Shown in pieces: positions 1-8,853 of a DNA stretch of 64,000 bases. Both the position numbers and the translations under genes were made by a program. This DNA is from an uncultured Planctomycetales bacterium (GTDB taxonomy: Bacteria; Planctomycetota; UBA1135): assembly GCA_964482495.1 (NCBI GenBank), contig CAYZXS010000021.1:658-64657 (forward strand), read 5' to 3'. Numbering within the stretch: the stretch's first letter is position 1; every line of letters begins with the position of its first letter. A model generated the notes under the pieces. It saw only the letters and a program-made list of their open reading frames with translations. It was not told where the DNA came from and did not search any database.

Positions 1-1
1 T

Positions 2-29
2 ATCGTAGGGATCCCGATAGGCAAGTCAA
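2..29 (-). promoter_or_regulatory. Candidate sigma70 promoter firing leftward out of the window
   Basis: Minus strand reads TTGACT (29-24), 16 nt, TACGAT (7-2) in an AT-richer patch upstream of and divergent from nnrE. Confidence 0.5.
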
Positions 30-62
30 CCCTTTCCCCCGGATCTTCCAAACCTTTGGCCC

Positions 63-746
63 ATGACCACTTGGAGCTGCTCCGAGACCGCCGCTTTCGA
101 CCTCCATCTGCAGCAGGATTGCGGCATCCCAGCCTCCCTCCTGATGGAGAACGCTGGCTCTGCGCTCGCGCGGTCCTCCCGCTCCTTGGCCCAGGAGCGC
201 GGCTGCGCCGGGATCCTGGTCGTCGCTGGCCCCGGGAACAACGGCGGTGACGGCCTGGTCGCTGCCCGGCAGCTCGCCCAGGACTATCCCGTCGAGGTCG
301 TGGCCCCCCTCGGCCTGCCCCGCCCCGACCCCGCGCAGGCGGCAGGCCTCGCCCTGCAAGGCGCCCGGGGACTCTCCGTGCCCTGCCAGGAGGGCCCGCT
401 CCCCGCTCCCCTCCGCGACGACCTGCTCGTCGTCGACGCCCTCTTCGGCACCGGCCTCGCCCGGCCGCTCTCGGGCCGGGCCGCAGCAGCCGTGGCCGCC
501 ATCAACGCCAGTGGCTGCCCGGTCCTCGCCGTGGATCTCCCCAGCGGGCTGGACGGCGACTCTGGACGGATCCTCGGGAGCGCCGTCAAAGCGGGCTGGA
601 CCCTGAGCTTCGTCGCGCCCAAGCACGGCTTCCGGCGCGGGGACGGCCCCGCCCACTGCGGGCGGATCCAGACCGCGGGGATCGGCGTCAGCGCGGCTTA
701 CGCCGCCGATTGGCTGCGGCAGGCCCGTGAGGGCGCCCGGCGCTGA
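63..746 (+). CDS. nnrE: NAD(P)H-hydrate epimerase (stand-alone YjeF N-terminal domain)
   Basis: LMENAG, GPGNNGGDG, VDALFGTG and AVDLPSG motifs typical of YjeF_N. Confidence 0.92.
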   Translation: MTTWSCSETAAFDLHLQQDCGIPASLLMENAGSALARSSRSLAQERGCAGILVVAGPGNNGGDGLVAARQLAQDYPVEVVAPLGLPRPDPAQAAGLALQGARGLSVPCQEGPLPAPLRDDLLVVDALFGTGLARPLSGRAAAAVAAINASGCPVLAVDLPSGLDGDSGRILGSAVKAGWTLSFVAPKHGFRRGDGPAHCGRIQTAGIGVSAAYAADWLRQAREGARR

Positions 747-753
747 CTCGGCC

Positions 754-1980
754 TCAGGCGCGGATCTCGACGGTCGAGCCGCGGGGAATCAGCTCGAAGA
801 GCTGCTCGACCTCGCCGTTGATCATCCGGACGCAGCCCGCGGACTCGTGGGCTCCGACCTGGTCGTCGCAGTTGTTGCCGTGAATGCCGTAGGCCGGGTC
901 CTCTTCGAAACCGATCCAGCGGCTGCCGAGGCGGTGATCGGGGTGACCATAGGGCACCGGAGGGTTCAGGCCGTAGTCGACCGGCTCCTCGAGGAAGTCC
1001 TTGAGGGTGAAGACACCGATCGGGGTCTCCGAGCCGGGCTTGCCGAAGCTCACCTCGTAGAGGTGGATCGGCGTGTCGCCGGCGTAGAGCGCCAGCACGC
1101 ACTGGCTCCGCAGGGCGAGCAGGCGCAGCGGCTGCATCGGGATGTGCAGGGTCTCGTCCAGGCGGATCCGGTCCGAGCTCTTGCGGTTGAATTCCATCAT
1201 CCAGCCGAATCGGAGCGGCACCCCCCGCTTCCGATACTTGCCGCCGATCCGGTCGAGGCTGTCTCCCGAGACCACGGTGTAGTCCTCCTGCGCCATCCAG
1301 GTCCGGGCCCGGGCGCGGAGGGTGGCGGCGTAGGCCTGCAGGCCCAGGATCCGCTCCCGGTCGTAATCGTCCGCTTCCATGGTCTCGAGGAGGCGCCCCA
1401 GGGCCGGACCGGCGACGGCGTCCTGCTGCGTCCGCAGCCCCTCGTCCACGAGCGCCTCGGTCCAAGAGAGCCAGGCTGGCCCTCGAACGGAGGAGCGCTG
1501 GAGCGCTCGTTCCAGGCCGGCGAGGCCGTCAGCGGCGAAGGCCTGGGCGTAGCCTGCAAAGTCAGGACCGCAGGCCTGCGGAACCTCGATCCGGAGCTGC
1601 GCGGCGTAGGCGCCCGCCTGACCGTCCCAAATCGTGGAGAAGGCCTGGATGGCCTCGGCGAGGGCGGGAGAAGCGGAGAGGGAGGCTCCCCGATCGAGCC
1701 CGCGATGCCACTGGTCGAGGACTTTCAGTCCTTCGGTGGCGGGCTGCGGGGAGGGCGAGGGAGGCGGCGGCGATTCCACCGCAGGGGCGGTCTCCGGGGC
1801 GTTCGAGGCCGCGGCGCCCTGCTCGCTGGTGCCGGGACCGGGGTCACCCTCCAACGAGGTGTGGACCACCCCACCGGTCTCCCCCGCTCCGGCGGCTTCC
1901 ACCCCCTGCTCCTCGGGCCAGAACTTCCACGCGATGGCGGCGACGGCGAGGATGAGGAACAACGGCAGGAACTTCTTCAC
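754..1980 (-). CDS. L,D-transpeptidase (YkuD) with LysM-like domain and N-terminal membrane anchor
   Basis: Start moved to GTG at 1980 (VKKFLPLFLILAVAAIAWKF); YTVVSGDSLDRI LysM-like segment; catalytic YGIHG...SAGCVRM. Confidence 0.85.
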   Translation of the reverse strand: MKKFLPLFLILAVAAIAWKFWPEEQGVEAAGAGETGGVVHTSLEGDPGPGTSEQGAAASNAPETAPAVESPPPPSPSPQPATEGLKVLDQWHRGLDRGASLSASPALAEAIQAFSTIWDGQAGAYAAQLRIEVPQACGPDFAGYAQAFAADGLAGLERALQRSSVRGPAWLSWTEALVDEGLRTQQDAVAGPALGRLLETMEADDYDRERILGLQAYAATLRARARTWMAQEDYTVVSGDSLDRIGGKYRKRGVPLRFGWMMEFNRKSSDRIRLDETLHIPMQPLRLLALRSQCVLALYAGDTPIHLYEVSFGKPGSETPIGVFTLKDFLEEPVDYGLNPPVPYGHPDHRLGSRWIGFEEDPAYGIHGNNCDDQVGAHESAGCVRMINGEVEQLFELIPRGSTVEIRA

Positions 1981-2069
1981 CGCTGCATTCTGCCGCTGGT
2001 AGATGCTCGAAACAAGCGGCCCCGGATGGGATTTTCCGCCGCGGGCGGAGCGAGCAGGGAACGCCGGAC

Positions 2070-2105
2070 AAGAAGCAACCCCGCCGAACCCGGGGTTCGG
2101 CGGGG
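2070..2105 (-). terminator. Intrinsic terminator downstream of the 6S-like RNA
   Basis: Perfect 12-bp stem CCCCGCCGAACC/GGTTCGGCGGGG (2079-2105) followed on the minus strand by TTGCTTCTT. Confidence 0.8.
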
Positions 2106-2109
2106 CTCC

Positions 2110-2262
2110 GCTTCCGCGACGGCGGCAAGGGGGAAGAGGCAGGTAAGTCCCTGCAATCAAGGTGGGTGCTGCCTGGTTCGGTTTACCCGCTCCAGAGTCA
2201 GGCGCCCAGGTAAGAACTGTCGGACTCCCGGCCTGTGTCCCCTGGCTTTCGCCGCGAAACAC
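2110..2262 (-). ncRNA. ssrS: Probable 6S RNA
   Basis: About 155-nt rod folded by eye: closing stem UUUCGCGGCG/CGUCGCGGAA, further helices AGGC/GCCU and GAGUCC/GGACUU, central bubble with CCUUG-AUUG-CAGGG hairpin, apical UGGG/CCCA and GCCUG/CAGGC; own promoter and terminator; ends approximate. Confidence 0.75.
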
Positions 2263-2268
2263 ACTCCG

Positions 2269-2296
2269 ACTGTAGCACTCAGGAATGCCGTTGCAA
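2269..2296 (-). promoter_or_regulatory. sigma70 promoter of the 6S-like RNA
   Basis: TTGCAA (2296-2291), 16 nt, TGn-TACAGT extended -10 (2274-2269). Confidence 0.65.
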
Positions 2297-2309
2297 CTCG
2301 AATTCTGGC

Positions 2310-5300
2310 TCAGGCAGCCCCGCCTTCCGCGACCCCGATCCAGAGCTGGATCTCGCGCTCGCCGGGCAGGCTCCACTGCTTGCCAGGACCCTCTCCGGCG
2401 CCCGGCTCGGTCCAGGTCAGACCGCCCGGCGCCAAGACTTCATCGGCGATCCAAGCGGAGTGGCCCTCGAGCAAGGCGCGGGTCTCCCCGTCGGCGGCGA
2501 TGCGCAACCAGATGCGGTCGCTGACCTCGAGACCGTTCTCCCGGCGCGTGTTCTGGATCCGGTTGATGACCTCCCGGGCCAGCCCTTCGGCCTCCAACGA
2601 GGGACTGATCTCCGTGACCAGGCCGAGCGTGACGTCGCCGTCGGTGGCGGCCTCCAGGCCTTCGACGCTCAGCGTCTCCAGCACCACGTCTTCGCCGCTC
2701 AGCTCATAGGCGGTCTCCCCGACCTCGACGAGGGTGCTCCCTCCGCTCTGCAGGGCGAACAGCACCTCACGGCCGAGGCCTGCGATGGCGCCGGCGAGGG
2801 CCTTCATGTCCTTCCCGGCGCGCTTCCCCAGGCGCGGGAAGTTCGGCTTGGCGCGGACCTGCAGGAAGTCGGGAGTGCCCTCCACCCACTCGATCTCCTT
2901 GACGTTCAGCTCCTCGAGCAAGGCGGCCTGGTAGTGCCGCGGACTGATCTCGAGCTTGTCCTCGTTGGCGACGTGCAGGATCAGCTTCGAGAGGGGTTGG
3001 CGCACCCGGATCTGCACCCGCTCGCGGACCGCCCGGCCGAGGGTCGCGGCGCGCAGCACGGGGCTCATCGCCGCTTCCAGAGCCGGGTCGACGTCGGTCG
3101 CCGGATCGAAGCTGGCATCCTCGGCGTCGTCGGGGTCAGGGAAGCGCTGCAGGTGGACGCTGCCCTCGTCGGGGCAGAGCTCCTGCCAGACGGCGTCGGC
3201 CAGATAGGGCACCACCGGCGCCGCCATCCGCGCGAGGGCGTGGAGCACCTCGTAGAGCGTGGCGAAGGCGGCCTCCTGCAGCTCCGGTCCCTCCGCGCCC
3301 CAGAAGCGGCGGCGGTTGCGCCGGATGTACCAGTTGGACAGTTCGTCGACGATGAAGCGCTCCAGCGCCCGCAGCGCCTCGGCCGGCGACAGCTCGCTCC
3401 AGGCCTGCACGCACTCGGAGGCGGCGCGGGCCGCCCGGGAGAGGATCCAGCGGTCGATGGCGGGCCGCTGCGATCGGGCCGACCGCTCGCGGCCAGGCTC
3501 CCAGCCTTCGGTCCGGGCGTAGAGGGCGAAGAAGTCGTAGCTCGAGCCGAGGGTGCCGAGCACGCGACGACGCACCTCGGCGATGGCCTGGTCGTCGTAG
3601 CGGCGGGAGAGGTGCGCCGCCCCGCCGGCGAGCAGGCTCCAGCGGATCGCGTCCACGCCGTGAGTGTCGATGGCCTCCCAGGGATCGACGGTGTTGCCGA
3701 GCCGCTTGGACATCTTCTGGCCGTCCTTGTCCAGCAGCAGGCCGTTCACCAGGCAGGAGCGGTAGGCGCTGCCCGGCCTCAAGCGCGGCAGCGGCTCTCC
3801 CCACAGCTCGCCGGACTGCCACAGCTCCTGGTCCACGGTGGTCAGGAAGGTGGAGATGGCGTGCAGGGTGTAGAACCAGCCGCGGGTCTGGTCCAGCCCC
3901 TCGGCGATGAAGTCCGCCGGGAACTGCTCCGCCACCAGTTCGCGGTTCTCGAAGGGCCAGTGGTACTGCGCCAGCGGCATCGAGCCGCTGTCGAACCAGC
4001 AGTCGATGACCTGCGGCACGCGCCTCATCGTCCCCGGGCAATCCGGGCTGGCGCAGGGGAAGCCAATCTCGTCGACCACCGGCCGGTGGGGATCGAAGCC
4101 CTCGGGCAGGCCGCCAGTCAGCTCCCCGAGCTCGCGGAAGCTCTCGACGCAGTGCCAGTGGCCCTCGTCCCGGTCGCACATCCAGACCGGCAGGGGCGTG
4201 CCCCAGTAGCGGTCGCGGGAGAGCGCCCAGTCGATGTTGTTCTCCAGCCACTCGCCGAAGCGGCCCTCGCCGATCTCGGCGGGCGCCCACCGGATGCCGC
4301 GGTTCTCCTCGACCATGCGGTCCTTGTACTCCGTGGTGCGGAGGAACCAGGCCGGGGCCGGGAAGTAGATCAGCGGCGTCTCGCAGCGCCAGCAGTGCGG
4401 GTAGCTGTGGCGGTACTGCGCGCGCCTCAGCAGCCGGCCGCGGCGCTTGAGGTCGTCGCCCAGGGCCTTGTTGGCGTCGCGGAAGAAGGTGCCCGCCGGC
4501 ACGCCGGCGACCTCGCACAGCAGGCGGGAGTCCTCCCCCACCGCGAGGGTCGCTTGGATGCCCTCGCTGATCGCCAGGCGGTAGTCGTCGGCGCCGTAGG
4601 GCGCCAGGTGGACCACGCCGGTCCCATCCTCGGCGCTGACGTAGTCGTCGGCGAGCACGATGTGGACCCGGCTGCCCTCGTGGACGACGCGGCCGCCCTC
4701 GAAGTGGAACAGCGGCTCGTAGGACAGGCCGGCGAGGTCGGCGCCGTCCACCTCGCCGAGCGGCTCATAGCCATCCTCGCCGAAGACCTCGGCGGCCTTG
4801 TCGGCCAGGAGCACGAAGCGGCCGGCCTCCGTGCCCACCACCGTGTAGCGCAGGTCGGCGTTGACGCAGGCGCCCATGTTCGAGGGCAGGGTCCAGGGCG
4901 TGGTGGTCCAGGCCACGAGGGCGGCGCCCTCCAGCAGGGCGGCGTTGGGGTCGGCGCCGAAGCGCTCGGCGACGCCCTTGAGCGGGAAGCTGACCCAGAC
5001 CGAGGGGTCGTCGAGGTCCTGGTAGCCCTGCCCGACCTCGTGGCTGCTCAGGCCAGTGCCGCAGCGGCCGCACCACGGCAGCACCTTGTGGCCGCGGTAG
5101 AGCAGGCCGTTCTTGGCGAAGCGCGACAGCAGGAACCAGACCGACTCGACGTAGTCGGCGTGGAAGGTGACGTAGGGGTGGTCGTAATCGAGCAGGAAGC
5201 CGATCCGGTTCGACAGCCGCTCCCACTCCTCCTTGAAGGTGAAGACCGAGTCCCGGCAGGCCTCGTTGAAGCGGCGGATGCCGAGCTCCTCGATCTCCGG

Positions 5301-5621
5301 CTTGCCGCTGATGCCCAGCTCCTTCTCGACCTGGAGCTCGACCGGCAGGCCGTGGGTGTCCCAGCCGGCCTTGCGCATCACCCGCTCGCCGCGCATGGCG
5401 TGGAAGCGGCAGACCGCGTCCTTGAGGGTCCGGGCCAGGATGTGGTGGATGCCGGGCTTGCCGTTGGCGGTGGGCGGGCCTTCGTAGAAGACGAAAGCGG
5501 GCGCCTGCTCCCTTCCAGCGGTGCTGGCGTGGAGCAGGTCGTGGCGTTCCCAGCCCTCCAGGATCCGCCGCTCGAGGGCGTCGGTCTGGTCGAGGAACTC
5601 GCGGCTCAGCGGCTCGAACAT
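2310..5621 (-). CDS. ileS: Isoleucine--tRNA ligase, type 2 (eukaryote/archaea-like clade)
   Basis: FYEGPPTANGKPGIHH (HIGH), GWDTHGLPVE, WTTTPWTLPSN, KMSKRLGN; 1103 aa with type-2-style C-terminus. Confidence 0.97.
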   Translation of the reverse strand: MFEPLSREFLDQTDALERRILEGWERHDLLHASTAGREQAPAFVFYEGPPTANGKPGIHHILARTLKDAVCRFHAMRGERVMRKAGWDTHGLPVELQVEKELGISGKPEIEELGIRRFNEACRDSVFTFKEEWERLSNRIGFLLDYDHPYVTFHADYVESVWFLLSRFAKNGLLYRGHKVLPWCGRCGTGLSSHEVGQGYQDLDDPSVWVSFPLKGVAERFGADPNAALLEGAALVAWTTTPWTLPSNMGACVNADLRYTVVGTEAGRFVLLADKAAEVFGEDGYEPLGEVDGADLAGLSYEPLFHFEGGRVVHEGSRVHIVLADDYVSAEDGTGVVHLAPYGADDYRLAISEGIQATLAVGEDSRLLCEVAGVPAGTFFRDANKALGDDLKRRGRLLRRAQYRHSYPHCWRCETPLIYFPAPAWFLRTTEYKDRMVEENRGIRWAPAEIGEGRFGEWLENNIDWALSRDRYWGTPLPVWMCDRDEGHWHCVESFRELGELTGGLPEGFDPHRPVVDEIGFPCASPDCPGTMRRVPQVIDCWFDSGSMPLAQYHWPFENRELVAEQFPADFIAEGLDQTRGWFYTLHAISTFLTTVDQELWQSGELWGEPLPRLRPGSAYRSCLVNGLLLDKDGQKMSKRLGNTVDPWEAIDTHGVDAIRWSLLAGGAAHLSRRYDDQAIAEVRRRVLGTLGSSYDFFALYARTEGWEPGRERSARSQRPAIDRWILSRAARAASECVQAWSELSPAEALRALERFIVDELSNWYIRRNRRRFWGAEGPELQEAAFATLYEVLHALARMAAPVVPYLADAVWQELCPDEGSVHLQRFPDPDDAEDASFDPATDVDPALEAAMSPVLRAATLGRAVRERVQIRVRQPLSKLILHVANEDKLEISPRHYQAALLEELNVKEIEWVEGTPDFLQVRAKPNFPRLGKRAGKDMKALAGAIAGLGREVLFALQSGGSTLVEVGETAYELSGEDVVLETLSVEGLEAATDGDVTLGLVTEISPSLEAEGLAREVINRIQNTRRENGLEVSDRIWLRIAADGETRALLEGHSAWIADEVLAPGGLTWTEPGAGEGPGKQWSLPGEREIQLWIGVAEGGAA

Positions 5622-5629
5622 GGCGGGGG

Positions 5630-5635
5630 ATTGTA
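5630..5635 (-). promoter_or_regulatory. -10 element, leaderless-type, ileS
   Basis: TACAAT 8 nt before the ATG. Confidence 0.6.
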
Positions 5636-5672
5636 AGGCAAGCCCGGCGCCGTTCCGGGCCCGCCTCCGCCG

Positions 5673-8105
5673 CTATTCCACCGCGATCCGGTCGAGGAGC
5701 AGGGCCCGGAACAGCAGCAGGAAGCCGGCCTGGCTCCAGCCGCGATAGTGAGGCCGGAAGCCGAACAGGTGGACGGTGCCGTCGCCGTGACCGACCCGAA
5801 GCCACGCCGGCTTCCCGGCGACGGCCTCGGGGTGGACCATGGCGCCCGAGAGCAGGGTCCGCGTCGGCGCCCACCGGAGCAGGACCTCGACCTGCGGCGA
5901 TCCTCCTTCCTCCTGCTCCTCCTCGAGCACCCAGGCGTGGGACCGGGAGAAGAGCACCGGCACGGACGCCGGCAAGCCAGTGGTCAGGCGGTGCGGCTCG
6001 GGCACGGTCCGGACCACCGAGCCCGGGCACCGGAACTCGGGGTCCGCGGCGGCGGCGTCGACGAGTGGCATGCCAAAGAGCTCGACCGCCCAGCCGCTGC
6101 TGGAGCCCACCGCCACCAGCTGCCCGCCAGCGCGCACGAACTCCTCGACCGCGACCGCGCCCTCGGGGTCGAGGCCGTCCGCGAACTCCGCCGGGAGGCT
6201 GCCCCGGCGCCGGCCCTGGTCCAGGCTGCGCGGGCTCAGACTGGGCAGGATCAGCACATCGAGCAGCTCCCCGAGCCTGCCGGCCCGCAGCATCTCGTTG
6301 CGCACGCGGACGTAGGGCACACCGAACTCGTCGAGCACCCAGCGCATCCAGCCCTCGTCCATGCTGCCGCTCCACGGCGCGTAGAGGCCGATCCGCGGCG
6401 GCGCCCCGCCCGGGTCCGGGGCCAGGGAGAGGCCGCCCGCGCTCGCTGAGGCCTTCACCCCCTGGCCGTTGCTCATGGCGTGGAACAGCGCCCGCCAGGT
6501 GTCGGAGTCAAGCGCGTCCATGCCGGCGCCGCCGTCCTGACGGCCCGGGAATCCCGCCACCGCTCTTTCGGCGTCTCGGACCGCCGACCAGGCGCCCTCG
6601 AGCTCGCCGCGGACCTCCACCCGCCGCAGCCCGAAGAGCAGCGGCAAGGTCCAGCCAGCGACGTCATAGGGTGAATCCCCTACCGGGAAGCTCTGGAGGG
6701 CGAACAGATCCTGGACGTGGGTGGCGTAGGGCTGATCCATCGGGATCACGATCGTCCCTGCCGGGTATTCCCGACCGTCCGCGCGCAGCGGACCGTCCGC
6801 GACGTGGAGCTCCACGCCAGTGAGCAGCAGGATCTCCGCCAGGCGCCGGGCTGCCCCAAGGTCGCGGTTGTCCGAGGGGACCAGCCAGGCGCGGGCGGGC
6901 AAGCCCCGGGCCCGCTCGACGTTGCGCCGGGCGGCCTCGAGGGAGTTCCGGAGGTACAGCTCCGGCTCCCGGGCCAGGCTGCCCAGCAAGGACCGCGCGA
7001 AGGCCAGCTCGTAGTCGATGATGTCCCGCATCCGCCACCAGCCCCCGGCCCAAGGCCAGGGGAAGCGGTGCGAGGGCGCGTATCCGCCTTCGATCCCGCG
7101 CGGCGCGCGCAGGGAGTCCAGCGGCCGCCACACCGGGGAGGCGATGTTCACCGACGCCGCTTCGGTGAGCAGGCCGATCAGGTTGTGGCGGACCGGAACG
7201 TTCCGATTCCCCCCGTTCCACCACATGTCGTAGCTGACGCCGGTGGAGACGCCGGAGAAACCCGCCCTGGTCAGGTCCCAGAGCGCGCGGCTGCCGAGAG
7301 CGTCGATCGCGGTGATCACGCCTGGGTCGAGGTTCGGGTTCAGGGGGTCGCGGAACGGCGGCACGAAGAGCCGCTCGGAGCGGCTCCCTTGTTGGTGGAC
7401 GTCCCAATAGACCTGCGGGCGCCACTCGGTGTAGAGCAGCCGGGTGACGATCCGGGTCTCCTCCAGGTTGAGGGCGAACCAATCCCGGTTGTTGTCGTGG
7501 CCGGCGTAGTGCTGGTAAAGCTGGGTCAGCGAGCTGCCCTCGTACGGCCCGTGGACGTGCTCCCGGTACCAGCTCGACACGTGATCGAGGCCGTCCGGGT
7601 TGGTGGAGGGGATCAGCAGGACGACCAGCTGCTCCCGCGCAGCCTGCCAGAGCGGCTCCTCCGAGGACGCCAGGCGCCAAGCGAGCTCCATCGCCATCTG
7701 GGGCGCGGCGGTCTCGGTGGCGTGCATGGCGCAGGAGATCATCAGGAACAGCTTGCCCTCGGCCAGCGCCCGCTCGACGCTCGCCTCCGGGGAGCGCGGG
7801 TCGGCGAGGACCGCGGCGTGGCCACGCAATTCCTCGAGCCGGCCCAGGTTCCGCTCGGAGGAGATCGTCGCCAAGCAGAAGGGACGACCTTCGGTGGTGG
7901 TCCCGACCCGCTCGTAGCGCACCCGCGGCGAGGCCTCCGCGAGCGCTTCGAAGTACCCGGAGACCTGATCCCAGCCCGGGAGCTGGAAGTCCTCGCCGAC
8001 CGCGTGCCCGAGGTGCGCGGCGGGATCGGGGAGGGCGCGGCCGTCCTGGGCGGGCAGGGTGGCGCAAGCAGAGAGGAGGAGGATCGGGGAGAGCGAGCGG
8101 AGCAT
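5673..8105 (-). CDS. Secreted M14-family zinc carboxypeptidase
   Basis: Signal peptide; HATE zinc motif, STNPDG, GHDNNRDW, DVHQQG; C-terminal GATase-like domain. Confidence 0.88.
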   Translation of the reverse strand: MLRSLSPILLLSACATLPAQDGRALPDPAAHLGHAVGEDFQLPGWDQVSGYFEALAEASPRVRYERVGTTTEGRPFCLATISSERNLGRLEELRGHAAVLADPRSPEASVERALAEGKLFLMISCAMHATETAAPQMAMELAWRLASSEEPLWQAAREQLVVLLIPSTNPDGLDHVSSWYREHVHGPYEGSSLTQLYQHYAGHDNNRDWFALNLEETRIVTRLLYTEWRPQVYWDVHQQGSRSERLFVPPFRDPLNPNLDPGVITAIDALGSRALWDLTRAGFSGVSTGVSYDMWWNGGNRNVPVRHNLIGLLTEAASVNIASPVWRPLDSLRAPRGIEGGYAPSHRFPWPWAGGWWRMRDIIDYELAFARSLLGSLAREPELYLRNSLEAARRNVERARGLPARAWLVPSDNRDLGAARRLAEILLLTGVELHVADGPLRADGREYPAGTIVIPMDQPYATHVQDLFALQSFPVGDSPYDVAGWTLPLLFGLRRVEVRGELEGAWSAVRDAERAVAGFPGRQDGGAGMDALDSDTWRALFHAMSNGQGVKASASAGGLSLAPDPGGAPPRIGLYAPWSGSMDEGWMRWVLDEFGVPYVRVRNEMLRAGRLGELLDVLILPSLSPRSLDQGRRRGSLPAEFADGLDPEGAVAVEEFVRAGGQLVAVGSSSGWAVELFGMPLVDAAAADPEFRCPGSVVRTVPEPHRLTTGLPASVPVLFSRSHAWVLEEEQEEGGSPQVEVLLRWAPTRTLLSGAMVHPEAVAGKPAWLRVGHGDGTVHLFGFRPHYRGWSQAGFLLLFRALLLDRIAVE

Positions 8106-8241
8106 GTTCGGCGGCCGTCAACGCGGACAGCCGACGCAGCTTCACGGCCGCGCGCCTTTCTGTCCAATCGCGGCCGCGCCGACCTAGAATCCCGAATAGC
8201 TCGCGCCGCCGTGACGTATCCGCCGGCGAGCCATCCTTGCC

Positions 8242-8835
8242 ATGTTCGACACTCTCTTCCAGCAACCCGCCCTCTGGTTCAGCATCCCGGCGCTCGCCGG
8301 CACCGCGATCTTCCTGCTGCGCCTGGCGCTGATGCTGATCGGTGGAGACTCGAGCGACGGCGGCGTGGACCTCGACGCGGATGCCGACTTCGATCTCGGC
8401 GACGGCGGCGACCACCTCGACCCCGGCCACTCCTTCGAGATCCTCTCGGTGCAGGCGATCGCCGCCTTCGCGATGGGCTTCGGCTGGGCCGGCCTCGGCG
8501 GGCTGAACGGCGCCGGCTGGGGAGTGACCGCGTCGATCGGAGCAGGCGTCGCCGGCGGCGTGCTCATGACCTGGCTGCTCGCGGTCCTGCTCCAGGGGAT
8601 GTACTCGCTCGAAAGCACCGGCACGGTCTCGATCGAGGCTGCCCTCGGCACCGAGGGCGAGGTCTACGCCACCGTGCCCAAGCGCGGCGCCGGGCGCGGC
8701 CAGGTCCGCGTCGTCCTGCAAGGCCGCCAGCGCATCTACAACGCCGTCTCCGACGAGGAAGAGCTGCCGACCAAGTCGCGCGTCCGCGTCGCCCGGGTGA
8801 ATCCCGACCACACTCTCACCGTCGTCCCTCTGTAG
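8242..8835 (+). CDS. NfeD/YqiJ-like membrane protein with C-terminal OB fold
   Basis: Hydrophobic helices, acidic loop, GTEGEVYATVP..GRGQVRV..GRQ OB-fold signature; directly upstream of a flotillin. Confidence 0.85.
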   Translation: MFDTLFQQPALWFSIPALAGTAIFLLRLALMLIGGDSSDGGVDLDADADFDLGDGGDHLDPGHSFEILSVQAIAAFAMGFGWAGLGGLNGAGWGVTASIGAGVAGGVLMTWLLAVLLQGMYSLESTGTVSIEAALGTEGEVYATVPKRGAGRGQVRVVLQGRQRIYNAVSDEEELPTKSRVRVARVNPDHTLTVVPL

Positions 8836-8853
8836 CCCCCAGCTCCTTCGCCC

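Noticed and set aside
1981-2376. N-terminal 132 codons of the 754-2376 ORF
   Set aside because: The region holds the 6S-like RNA, its promoter and its terminator; the signal anchor begins at GTG 1980
2235-5636. 1133-aa plus-strand ORF and similar long ORFs (727-2709, 6717-9782, 9049-11946, 23019-25142, 38088-40334, 43890-46007, 53805-56105, 56054-58465)
   Set aside because: Antisense or alternate-frame shadows of well-supported genes, expected in high-GC DNA with few stops; no recognisable motifs
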